Position numbers and translations under genes: made by a program. A stretch of DNA of 64,000 nucleotides from contig JAUCBJ010008458.1 in the NCBI GenBank assembly GCA_032718475.1, positions 1 through 64,000 on the forward strand, read 5' to 3'. This DNA comes from Nemertoderma westbladi. Its lineage: Eukaryota > Animalia > Xenacoelomorpha. The notes beneath the pieces were generated by a model, which saw nothing but the letters and a program-made list of their open reading frames with translations, searched no databases and was not told the DNA's origin. This document shows positions 23,328 to 34,980 of the stretch, one piece after another. Numbering within the stretch: position 1 is the first letter of the stretch; the number at the start of each line of letters is the position of its first letter.

Positions 23328-23769
23328 GTTTACCCATTATCAGACACTAACAACACCTCTTCAACGGAGAGCCCAGTGGCTGTGGCACCATCCAAATCTA
23401 TAGGTGTGGAAATTATGTCAAAAATTAACAAGGTGCTTCAGCAGCAAGAATTATTGGGGAAGAAACTGGAAGCATTGGAACACAACCAACTTAAGCTGTT
23501 CTCAATCGTTAAGAACAGTGGCGCATCTGGGGGTACTGAAGTTCAGCTGGATCAAGTGGTGTGACACTTGTAGACGATCCAGCCAGTCAGCTAATCTTTC
23601 CGGCGGTACTATACTATCGAAACAGCCTTTTAAGGATCTGAAAATTAAAAATATAATAGTCCGAGTTCTATTTGACTCCCAGGCACCAAAGTTAAAAGAG
23701 TTTGGAATCACTGGTATTCAGAATTCTATAAAAGATTGGTTAAAGCACGCATCAGTTAGGAAATTTTAG
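23328..23769 (+). mobile_element. Possible CACTA-type accessory ORF remnant (DUF4806-like)
   Basis: A coiled-coil stretch followed by FKDLKIKNII..SIKDWLKHA, frameshifted. Confidence 0.3.
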
Positions 23770-26700
23770 AACTACTGTACGGTACATTATTGAATAGGCA
23801 GGAAATCGGGGGCAGGGGAGGGGGGGGGGGGGGGGGGGTTGGGTTCAATAAAAAATAAATATGTTTTTTGTTTCCCCCCCTTTACTGTCTCAATCCCCCT
23901 CTTCAATAGCTGCTACCCGAAGGTAGGGGGGGGGGGGGGGGGGGGTGCTTCTTCTATCCCAAGGTTTGCTCCCTGTAATTCAACATGGATGGTCGTTTGT
24001 AACGTCCATCCATTCCCAGTTCTACTAGTTCAGAAGGAAGCAATTCGGACAATGTATCCAGAGCTCCAGAGAAGCATTAAAAAGCATGTCCAATCATAAA
24101 GCGAGTGGATTGGTTGAAATCCTTGCAGAGCTATGGAAAACAGGAGTGCTGAACAGACTATTATTGGATGTCTGCAACCAGATGCTGAAAGGGGAAAAGC
24201 CACCACCAATTTGGACTAAAGGCCAACTAAAGCCTCTCCCTAAGAAATGAGAACTCGGTATACCAACAAACTATCGTGGGATCTGTCTGCTTGTGGTAGA
24301 TGCCAAAATATACAATAAAATGATTCTATATAGGATTAGATTTCACATAGAGAATGCTACTCTTTTATGTTTGGGGTACCAGCAATATGTTCTAGAACAT
24401 TTATTTGTATCAAAAATGAAAAATAGCTATTATAAAATGATGTGATACGGCCGTGGCTAAATTAGATTGGATGGAGACGTTATTAAATGCTTTTTAAACA
24501 ATAATTGTAAAGCGAAAATACAAATCTTCTTAAATAGGGAGATATTTTAAATATTAAATAGCGGCGTACATTAAGTATATTACCTGTAAAAGTTACGTAA
24601 CATAACAACTTCGATATAATCGGGTTCCCAAAATAGTTAGGTCTTCACTTCACAAGCTCACTAGTCACTATCTCCCGGATCCAACGGAATCTTCACATTT
24701 CCAGCCAATTCTACGTATCGCGGAAATCTTGTTTCGCAAATGGCAAAAAGGCCTTTCTCAGATTGATATCGCTCCATTTTATCATGCGTTTCCAACTTTT
24801 GGATTTTTTGGATCTATCGACTTACATTCCTCTTCGCAGATAAGGCAATTTTCTCAAAACTATAAATGTCAATATTAATCTCAATTTTTTAATTATGTTA
24901 GACAATTAGACGAAGCAGTCATCGCCTCCAACTATCTTTTCATTGCCTAAATGTAGCCTATTACTGCATTGTTTTGCATCATAAAATTATTAATAATTAC
25001 ATAAAACATAATATTCTAGAATGTTTAATGTTGTTGCTAACACATTCGGCTCTCTTACAGTTTGCCGTGCCACCTATTGCTATAATGGCACGGTAAAGTG
25101 TAATAGGACTGAGGAGCTCTCTTACAGTTTGCCGAGCCACCTATATTCAATATAATTCATAAAAATATAATTGTTATAATTATATAATATATATTTACGC
25201 AAGTGATACCGTAATTTACTCTACGTACAATTACATTTTGTTACGTCTTGTGTAGCTAATGTTTTTATTGTTTGTTACTAAACCGGGTACACTTCCTTGA
25301 CTTCCTTCTAGTTTCCCTAATAATGATATGATAGATTAAAAACTATCATTTTATTATATCAAAAAATTGCTAAAATGGCAAGCTAACTAGTTTTTGTTTC
25401 TTGTTTTTTAAATGTTCTAGAACATTCAATCCATTTCATATAAAAATGTTGTTCTAGAACAAATATTTTTTGTTCTAGAACAAAAAATACAAAGCACTAG
25501 CTAACTTGTTAATTTTTTATTGTATGTTATCTTTGTATAAATTTTTTATACTAGCTATTTTTTTGTTTCTTTTTTTTTTAATGTTCTAGAACATATTATC
25601 TATACATTTAATATAAAAATTTTGTTCTAAAACAAACATTTTTTGTTCTAGAACAAATATTTTAAGATCATTTTATTATATCAAAATATGGCTATAATGG
25701 CACGGTAAAGTGTAAGAGTCCCACACATTAATACATAGCTTAATATTTTTTGACAATTTTGTTATGATTTTACCCTCCAAAGAAACGGCCATTAAAAAAA
25801 TTGCTCAACCTTTCCCAAAGTCTTTATAGCGAAAATTAATTATTATAATGTGGAACAACATCATGAGCAAATAAAATTGCAGTCATACGCTGGAGAACGG
25901 TTCGTCAGTAAAATGTACTGCAAGTGTCTACTCGACTACATTATTAATTTTTTTAAAAGGTATTTTGGGCTGTTTTTGTTTATTGATTTATGCTCTGGAA
26001 CATGTGGAATCATTACATGTAACATTTTGTGGTACCGTAGCTAGTGTTTTGATGGTAGCTATTGTTTTTATACAGTAGCTATGTTAAAAAAAATCGTATT
26101 TTTTTTAATTAATGTTATTTGCTTTATATGCATGGTATGGTGACACAACATTATTTTCTCACACTATTCATTACAACATTTTTTTAAATAGCTATAATAA
26201 TGAAAAAAAAGCTACAGTAACATCAAAAACACTAGCTACCACAAAAATTTATCATGTTGGCCCTAATGAGTCCACAACATGTTCCAGAAGATAAATCATT
26301 AGTCAAAAACAGATATAAAACAGGCAGAATAAAGGTGACACGGGCTACACTACCGTACCGCAGTAGTACCTATCCAATTGGGCCCTATAGGGCTTACATT
26401 AAAGTACATAAGCAGCAATATTTAAAAAAAATCAGTTTTGAACAGTTTAAATACATACTGTACTACTATTAGGCCTACTAACTAGCTACTGTATTAAAAA
26501 ATTAAATATCCATACAAACTACCATAACTAAAATGATGTTAACAAAAAAAAGGTAATATTTTTCTATTTTCAAAAAATACTAGCTAGTAAAAAACCACTA
26601 AGTTACCATAAAAAAGTATCTACTAAGGTTCTAGAACATTCACCATTATCAAAACAAGTACTCAACAACACAAATAAATAAATGGTTAAAAAAATCACAG

Positions 26701-27365
26701 TGAAGTTGTAACGCTACCGGTGACCGGTAACGCATTCCTACATTGTCCTGATAATAGGATACAATTGGAACTAACAGTACAAAAATGGTACAGTTTTCTT
26801 TCAGTTTCTCCTCCGTACAGTACAGTCCATGTCCGGTATACCGGTATCACGCAGGTTTAGTTAATTCCCGCAAATGCGGGAAAAATAATCAATTATTTCC
26901 CGCTTGTAAGTGGGTTGAATGGGGAATAACAATTTTAATAATATTATATATTTTAGTATACCTTACCTTATATTAGTATATAAGTATAATTATATAATTA
27001 CAGAAAGACCGACAGGCTTCAGATATGTGATTTTACTTTAGGTTTTTGGGGGAACACTTATTTATTATATTTATTGACATTTATATATATGGACTCATAT
27101 ATTTATTATATTTATTATTTATTATAAGAGTTAATTTACGCATAGCTAACCCTCAGGCATTTTATTAATAATTAATTATATAATAATTTATAATAAAAGA
27201 CCACACTCTTATTATTTTATTACACAATGCGTAGCTAGTATATTTTGAAATTATAAAAAAAAAAAAAAATTTGTGAAAATATTGATACCTCTGACTCTGC
27301 GTGTCTAATATCTGTTATTTTAATCTACGAATTACGAACTTGATATCTGATTTGTCCAATTAATC

Positions 27366-28199
27366 ATGGGAGACTCTGCAACCGATACGTTTAACAAATG
27401 CCAAGACGCTATTTTATCACTTTTCGCCAAAGTAAAGCAAAAAAAGAGCGTTTCCATCGAGGACGAGAAGCTTATAACGGCGCAACTCCATGCTATGAAC
27501 TCACTGTACATGACGAATCTCGCCTCACTACCCCCAGTTTGGGAGAAATTAGCCAACTGCCAACAGGAACTAATCGAAGCAAAGAACGACCTAATTAAAG
27601 AAGTACGTTGGAACCCAACCACAGCCGGAGAAGGAACTGCCGGTACCGGTACACAAATCGGCCCAGCCCCACGTAACTACAGCAATGCAGTTAGGAACGG
27701 AATTCCTGTACTTCCCCTACCTACGGGACCCGCGATACAGGTAGGGCACAACACTTTACACGCAAATTCAAGACCTCAGTCCACAATCACACGCGGGTGC
27801 AAAGTTGGTGGCCCCCTTCGCGCTGTAGCTTCAGCTTCTGAACGGCATATTAACAAGGAAATTATACCCACAGAAAGGAAGGCTCACATCTGCATAGGCC
27901 GCCTCGATCCAACGACCACAAGTGACGACGTTAAAAACTACCTCAGTAGCGAAAATCTTCCCTATGACGATGTGCTATCCGTGGCGCTACATCCAGACTC
28001 ACAGTATGCTACCTTTCACCTGATATGCAATCAAACTCACCGCAACTCCTTGATGGATCCTGACATCTGGGGGGAAGGGATATCTATTAAAAACTATAAA
28101 ATGTCAAAAGACGAGCGCCAACGCTTTGGCCTGAAGCCCCGTGACAACCGATCACTAGGAAATACAGTCTCTGGTTTGGAACAGCGTGACGTTATGTGA
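27366..28199 (+). CDS. LINE ORF1 (coiled coil and RRM-like domain)
   Basis: Contains HICIGRLDPTTTSDDVKNYL..YATFHL..LMDPDIWGEGISIK and lies immediately upstream of ORF2. Confidence 0.8.
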   Translation: MGDSATDTFNKCQDAILSLFAKVKQKKSVSIEDEKLITAQLHAMNSLYMTNLASLPPVWEKLANCQQELIEAKNDLIKEVRWNPTTAGEGTAGTGTQIGPAPRNYSNAVRNGIPVLPLPTGPAIQVGHNTLHANSRPQSTITRGCKVGGPLRAVASASERHINKEIIPTERKAHICIGRLDPTTTSDDVKNYLSSENLPYDDVLSVALHPDSQYATFHLICNQTHRNSLMDPDIWGEGISIKNYKMSKDERQRFGLKPRDNRSLGNTVSGLEQRDVM

Positions 28200-28211
28200 C
28201 ATACAGCATAC

Positions 28212-31200
28212 ATGGGACTGCAGTGCGCGAGACAGCAGACCTCAACCTCCATGGGACCCGGCACTAACCCCGACGGCATGGTCGCTCCCAGACCCGGCAC
28301 CGACCCCAACGCCACGGTCCCTCCTGGGACCGGCACCGATCTCGAAGGCACGATCCCTCCCAGCACACATCCCCACGGCGTGGTCTCTCCTGGACCCGCC
28401 ACCGACCCCAATGCTGTGGTCCCTACTGGGTCCGGCACTGATCTCGAAGGCGCGATCCCTACCAGCACACACCCCGGCGGCGTGGTCCCTCCCGGACCCG
28501 GCACCAGCCCAAACATTAATCACTATGAGCGAGTCCCAGCAGCTATTATTAAGGTTAAGTTATGGAATGTAGAAGGCTTATCATACATACTCAACTCGAT
28601 TTCAGATGATGAGCTATTTCAAAATTCGGACATTCTCTTACTTACAGAAACATTCTATCTTGGTACAAATCTGGATTGCATCTCAAATTACTACGCATAT
28701 ATACAACAAGCAGAGAAACAAGGACGAGGTCGCCCAAAAGGCGGATTAATGATTCTGGCAAAGCCATGGATTAACCCATCCCCTGTTTTCAAATCAAACT
28801 GTTGCATTATCATAAAATCTGATCTAGCATACTTTTCTGTTTTCTACTTCCCTCCAGATACACCTATATCACATATAACCTTAGAGATCACATCCTCCTT
28901 GACCCAGACCGATAACTCATGCCCAATAGTGGTTGGAGGTGACTTCAACTGTAGAGTTGACTCTGGGGAACGTGGACACCAACTAACAGACTTTCTGACA
29001 TCACTTGGCTTTATTGCTTTAAATTATTCATCATCTCATACCTATATATCACCCCAGGGCGAAAGCACAATAGACTTGATCTTTATAAAATTCACAAATA
29101 CTTTACCTGATTCAACGCCAAAGCCCCAAATAACACTTAACCCCATAAGAAAACACCAAAGCGTGTCAGCTGAAATTCCATTCACAAACAATCCTGTACA
29201 TATGGAGACTCGACCAAAAGCCTTAAGCAGAAAGCTTAACATGTCCTATCTGGAAAACCACCACAACATCCCATCTATGGTTGAAGCAATAGATAACTCC
29301 GACCCCAATAAGGCAACAAAACTATTAGCTGAAATAATTTCCAGTTCAGTTTACCCCAAAGGGAAAAGACTACATAAAGGCAAACCATGGTTTGATCAGG
29401 AATGTTGCAATATAAAACGACAACTTATATCAGCCATACAATCTCGAAATATTTCAGCTGCTCATTCAACTCACTTCTATCAGCTCCGTCGATCATATAA
29501 AACTCTTATTAAAACTAAACGAGCTGCATTTGAAGAAAATTATTTCCTGGAAAGAATCCAAAAGTCAGATATAAACCCCTGGAGTCTTCTTAAAACTAGG
29601 AAACCAACTGTCGCTTCAGTAGATTTAAATAAACTGGAGACACATTTTCGAAACATCATCGGAACTAACAAAGACCCAGCACAGTTACCCGCAGCTGCCA
29701 CTGTAACACAGAGTGAAACCTCCGCGGACTGTTGGTATAACGATAAAATATCAACTGAAGAAGTAACTAGAACTATTAATGAGGCGGGCAATAACAAAGC
29801 CAGTGGTCCAGATCAGCTCTATTATGAGCATTTAAAACAAGTTCCACCAGTGATAATCGCCTTGATCACTATGTTGTTCAATGTGTGCCTCTGCCTAGGG
29901 AAGATACCTGATTTGTGGAAAAGAAGTATAATTGTAATACTTTACAAAGGAAAGGGGTCTCTAATGGAACCTGATAACTATCGTGGCATTGCCCTTCTCT
30001 GTGTGCTGCTTAAAACTCTCACTTCTATTATCAATAAACGAGTGCTCAAACATATTATAAATCGGTTACCAGCTGCCCAGTTTGGCTTCATTCCAGGGAA
30101 ATCTGCACAACAAGCAATTAGGCGTCTTCTTAAGGAAATATCATCAAAACTAACCTCGAAATCGCGCCCAGAACGTAAAGTTTACGCAGCATTTATAGAC
30201 TTTCGTAAAGCCTTTGACTTTGTCAGTCGCGCCATTCTACTCTCAAAATTATATGGGTTTGGTATTAAAGGGAAATTGTATCTATTAATTAAAGATCTGT
30301 TTACTAATAACGTCCAGGTGTTTGATGGTTTACGTCTTTCCGACGTCATAACCCAACTCAGAGGTGTGCTGCAAGGTGACTCCTTCTCACCCACCTGCTT
30401 CGTAGTATTTATCGCAGATCTAGCTATAGCACTGCAGAACGCAGCCCAAGCACTTCGGTTCCTGTTCTATGCGGACGATCTGGTCTTCTATTCTTCAAGG
30501 CGAGAGGATATCCAAACGGGTCTTGATGCACTTTACAACTGGTGCCAGCTCAATGGGATGGAAGTAAATTTAATTAAAACAAAAATAATAAAGTTCAGGA
30601 ACGGGGGGCCATTAGCAAAGGATGACATATTTCTATATAATAACAAACTTGTCCAAATCACTAATGAATATGAGTACCTGGGAATTATTTTACAGCCGTC
30701 ACTATGTTTCGCAAAACATGTCCAACATAAAAAGATAAAAGCCTCGAAAGTTATTGGGTCACTTACGTTCTTGCCTCACATCTCAGTCGATGCAGGTATG
30801 AAGATCTATAAGATGAAAGTTGAACCATTGGTCCTATACTCAATAGCGGAATTTGGCAAGTATCTCACCCTAGCGAATCTAAAAGAACTCGACAAGGTGA
30901 AATCAATGTTCATAAAACGAATGCTCCGGCTGCATCAATCTTCCTCAGCAACACTAGCACATAAACTTGTCAAAGAGTATACGCTTGTGGAAGAATTAAT
31001 CTCAAAATCCCCTCAAATTCTCAACCCTGATGTTGTTGAAAAATACAAGATACATCGTAGAGACAGAGTAGGAAATTTCGAACAGGAGGGTTACTTATCT
31101 GGACCGGCGTTCCAAACGTCTGTATGGCACCAAGCCAACCAAAGCAACCGCCACTTACTCACGCGCTGTACCTCGCACGGGTTCCATCATAAGATTTGCG

Positions 31201-31343
31201 CCCACAACCGCTCATTCCATTCCCCTCAACAGAGCTGCGTGTGCCGGTACTGCGGCCAATCCGCCCACCACCGCTACCACGTATTGGATTGTACCAGCTG
31301 TCCCTCTCTATCCGTCATTGCCCATGTTAATAACTCAGTTTAA
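28212..31343 (+). CDS. LINE ORF2: endonuclease, reverse transcriptase and Cys/His-rich C-terminus
   Basis: WNVEG, LTETF, GGDFN, STIDL, KPWFDQEC, YRGIAL, DFRKAFD, GVLQG, FYADD and a terminal CxxC..H..C. 1043 aa, uninterrupted. Confidence 0.95.
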   Translation: MGLQCARQQTSTSMGPGTNPDGMVAPRPGTDPNATVPPGTGTDLEGTIPPSTHPHGVVSPGPATDPNAVVPTGSGTDLEGAIPTSTHPGGVVPPGPGTSPNINHYERVPAAIIKVKLWNVEGLSYILNSISDDELFQNSDILLLTETFYLGTNLDCISNYYAYIQQAEKQGRGRPKGGLMILAKPWINPSPVFKSNCCIIIKSDLAYFSVFYFPPDTPISHITLEITSSLTQTDNSCPIVVGGDFNCRVDSGERGHQLTDFLTSLGFIALNYSSSHTYISPQGESTIDLIFIKFTNTLPDSTPKPQITLNPIRKHQSVSAEIPFTNNPVHMETRPKALSRKLNMSYLENHHNIPSMVEAIDNSDPNKATKLLAEIISSSVYPKGKRLHKGKPWFDQECCNIKRQLISAIQSRNISAAHSTHFYQLRRSYKTLIKTKRAAFEENYFLERIQKSDINPWSLLKTRKPTVASVDLNKLETHFRNIIGTNKDPAQLPAAATVTQSETSADCWYNDKISTEEVTRTINEAGNNKASGPDQLYYEHLKQVPPVIIALITMLFNVCLCLGKIPDLWKRSIIVILYKGKGSLMEPDNYRGIALLCVLLKTLTSIINKRVLKHIINRLPAAQFGFIPGKSAQQAIRRLLKEISSKLTSKSRPERKVYAAFIDFRKAFDFVSRAILLSKLYGFGIKGKLYLLIKDLFTNNVQVFDGLRLSDVITQLRGVLQGDSFSPTCFVVFIADLAIALQNAAQALRFLFYADDLVFYSSRREDIQTGLDALYNWCQLNGMEVNLIKTKIIKFRNGGPLAKDDIFLYNNKLVQITNEYEYLGIILQPSLCFAKHVQHKKIKASKVIGSLTFLPHISVDAGMKIYKMKVEPLVLYSIAEFGKYLTLANLKELDKVKSMFIKRMLRLHQSSSATLAHKLVKEYTLVEELISKSPQILNPDVVEKYKIHRRDRVGNFEQEGYLSGPAFQTSVWHQANQSNRHLLTRCTSHGFHHKICAHNRSFHSPQQSCVCRYCGQSAHHRYHVLDCTSCPSLSVIAHVNNSV

Positions 31344-31574
31344 ATATATATATTATTAATTTATTTTTATGTCATCACTACCGATTTGCGTTTTATACTT
31401 ACAATTTTAGATTCGATACAGAATATACATTATACATTTTACCCCGTCCGGGGTGTTGATTTAAAAAAAAAAAAAATATGATAATATGTGGATATTTGGT
31501 TACTTCGATGTTGTGTTTCGATATAACAACTGCGGTATAAAGTTTATCTACTGTACTTTATACAACAATTGAAG

Positions 31575-31790
31575 ACACAAGTTGGTTAAATTCGTTGCAT
31601 TCAATTTACATCCTTCTGGTTCGTGGGTTCGATCATATGTGCCATGCATCCCCATTTAAATGTACATAAATGAGTACCGGTGTTTCCTCTGGGGAGTACA
31701 GTTCTGGGGATGGGGGGGGGGGGGACTGGAAATAAGTCGTCAAAATTTGTGCGTCCCTGCCCGAAGATAAGCCGAAGAAAACCTTACTTT
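31575..31790 (+). mobile_element. Degenerate tRNA-derived SINE, same family as 901-1181
   Basis: Shares gtgggttcgatc, taaatgagtaccggtgtttcctctggggagta and ctggaaataagtcg..gccgaagaaa with the 901-1181 copy. Confidence 0.7.
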
Positions 31791-32124
31791 TTCTATTTCG
31801 ACAGACACCAATTAATTATTATTAGATAAGGGATCTATTAGCCAATCATAGCACCCGCTTTAAGACACCCTGCCTTAGGTAATTTCCAGGAAGATTTAAT
31901 TGCGGATTAATAAATAGCTTATAAAAATTACTAGCTATTATATTTCTACCAGAAGGTCAACTATTTGATCTAGAACAAAAATTCAAGATAAAAGACATTT
32001 TCACATGAAAAAAAAATGTGTTAAAAAGTGGTCGTGGCATTGTAATGCCCTGTTCCCAATAATGATTGAGTGAAATAGTTTAAATAAATAAATAAATAAT
32101 TAATTTACGTAATTGTTAAAGTAA

Positions 32125-32430
32125 GGCCCCCCTCACGGAGCAACTTTTTCTGCAATTTGTTTCTGAAACTTGTTGCTAGGCCCCCTCACACACAGAAACA
32201 AGTTGCTGCAACTTGTTTCTGCAACTTGTTTCTGAAACGTGTTGCTAGGCCCCCTCACACACAGAAACAAGTTGCTGCAACTTGTTTCTGAAACTTGTTG
32301 CTGGACCCCCTCACACACAGAAACAAGTTGCTGCAACTTTTTTCTGCAACTTGTTTCTGAAACCTGTTGCTGGACCCCCTCACACACAGAAACAAGTTGC
32401 AGAAACAAGTTGCTCCGTGTGACGAGGGCC
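32125..32430. mobile_element. PIF/Harbinger-like MITE with internal palindromic tandem repeats
   Basis: TAA|GGCCC..CACGGAGCAAC ... GTTGCTCCGTG..GGGCC|TTA termini, with internal AGAAACAAGTTGCTGCAACTTGTTTCT repeats. Confidence 0.7.
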
Positions 32431-32941
32431 TTAAACGCAAAAAAACCACAGCCCCGGTACTATCTATCACGATAAACTACCGGTAATTGTTTTCCTTCAT
32501 TTAACTTGCTTTTGTATTACTAATTCATAGCTATTTTAAAATAAATAAAATATTCCAGAATTCTGTGTATTTATAAAATAGAATAAAATAGCCCAGTGCG
32601 GATGCAAATACATGTAACTTTCAAATTCCCAAATTCCCAAAAAAAATAGCCAAATTCAAATGTTTTTACATTTTTGGAATCCTTGCACGACTAGCTTTAA
32701 ATTAGTACTAACAAATCACAATAAGGTTGAAGAATAACTGCGGTGTGACTGGTGCAATTTCGCCGCAGACACTATTTTCAAAAGCTTGTAGCTAAAGAAT
32801 GAAAGCGAAAATAAAAATTCTGGCTCACCCAGTCAGGTGGTCGGGAGGTGAAACTAAAGTGTCCTGGAATATAGTGTCTTTATTTAGATAGCCCCCCCCC
32901 CCCCCCCCCCCTTTCCTGAATATATTTCTACAAACCTTTAA

Positions 32942-32976
<35 letters not shown>

Positions 32977-33599
32977 ACATCATTTTCGGACAACTCTTCG
33001 ATTTATCACTTTCAGCGTTTCAAAATTGTTTGGTTTTGGCTAAAATTTGTCATATAGGTGCCTAAGATGCTATTCCACATAAAAGGCCAGAAAAGTAATT
33101 TTTTTCTCTATTTAATATTAGTTAATACTAGTTAACAATAAAAAAACCTTGGTTGCGCTTAAAACCCTAAGGCTTTTACAGTTTTGAACCTAATCCCATG
33201 AAAGTTTTTTTATATGATAGATCAAAGATGGGGCAACATAACTATCAGGCAAAATTTTGTGAAAATAATTCTGCACCGCTCGGTGGCGCTGCAAATTTAT
33301 GCGAATTTTTAGGTTTTTTATAAATAGTTTTAAATTTTATTAACAAAAAATTTCGAAACGTTTTCTGATACTTTTATGCAGGGTGGCTATCTAGACACTC
33401 ACAGAAAGTTTCAGACTAATTACTCAAAAATGTGATTACTGTACATGAAATTTGAAACAGAGATAGTTTAACTATAAAGGCATTTTCTCAAGGGAATGCA
33501 ACCACGAAGCTCTATGTACAAAATGATATATTTTTTAATCAAAACATCTGTTTCAGCGGTTTTCATGGAAACTGAAAAATATAACAATGATATATAGTG

Positions 33600-34118
33600 G
33601 TATAATAAAGACCCTCGATAAAGACAGGTTTAAACATATTCTAATCAAAATTGATCTGCCTCCCAGCCTATGCATTGGCCAGTTTCTCAAACTGACACAT
33701 CTCAATGAGCTAGACAAGAAAAAAGCTACCTTCACCAAACGCATGCTAGGCATATGCTTCCTTATTTTTTGACAGATAGACTGACAGACAAACAGACATA
33801 CAAACAGACACAGATAGCCTAGAATTGGTCAGTCGCAAAAACTGACATCAGAAATGAATTCAGAGACCTGGAAAACCCCTATGGCGAATGTTTTTATTTC
33901 ATAATATGCTCTTCCTTATCTTTTGACAGACAGACTGACAGACATACATACAGACACAGACACATACATCCTAGTTTGGTCAGATGTTTTTTTATTACAT
34001 AATATGCTTCATTATTTTTTGACAGACAGACTGACAGACAAACAGACATACATACAGACACAGAGATCCTAGAGTTGGTGAGGTTACTCATGTGGACCAG
34101 GGAGGTTACTCACATAGC
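33600..34118 (+). repeat. Left arm of a long inverted repeat (LINE scrap, (GACA)n blocks, two minisatellite units)
   Basis: Reverse complement of ~37510-38085. Confidence 0.8.
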
Positions 34119-34980
34119 CCATGAAATATTGGATTTAAATACATTAATTACTGAATTAACTTAATTATAATATAATCGGAGGAAAGACCCCAGAAGTTTT
34201 TATTTTATTATACGATTATGTACATTAACTCCTCCCTAAAGGCCGCTTGTCGATTTTTATATATAGTGGTGATATACAAGTTATATAGTGGGGGTAGGGT
34301 TTGGTCCAAAGTCATAATACCTTAAACGTATGCTTCAAATTATCGTTTTATAACTTTGAATATCTGTTTAGCCTGGTTGCTATGGTAACTGGATTTTCAA
34401 ATTAACCTCAATAGGCGCAACTATTGCATTTTCCTTAGCATCGAGTTGAAAAAACCCCAAGATTCGATCTGGTTGTTGTACAAATAGAGTTAATAATATA
34501 GAATTGAATGATATAGACGTTAATAAACTACAGTTACCATGGTAACTAGATATTTCTGAAAGTTTTCTGTTTTACAATAACTTCCAAATAGGAGTCCAGA
34601 TAACACATAGGCCTACCCAGTTTCGGGATTCTATCGTAAAGTGTATGTTCAAAATGAACTATTTTTACGTCAAAACATCTGTTCGCTGCGGTTGCCATGG
34701 ATACTGAAAAATAGAAAAATGTAATTCGGATGCAGAATAAGTGATATAGTAGGGTTAGGGGTTGATCCCAAAAGGTAACTGAATTTTCTAGTTAACATCA
34801 ATCGGCTCTGCTGTGGACCTTATAGTTGAGTTGAGAATCCCCAAGTTTATATCTACTACAGTTTTCCTACAAATAGAGTTAAAAATATTGACTTGAAATA
34901 CATAGACTTATTTTGAAGTCCGTTGCCATGGAAACCAGATTTTCCCAGACATGAGACCTATTCCACACGACGCGCCTTAA

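Larger units (their letters stand above)
27270..31476 (+). mobile_element. Apparently full-length two-ORF LINE (endonuclease-RT type; clade unresolved, CR1/L2-like ORF1)
   Basis: ORF1 and ORF2 are both open, the UTRs are short, a 3' hairpin precedes the A-tail, and A-tracts flank both ends. Confidence 0.9.
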
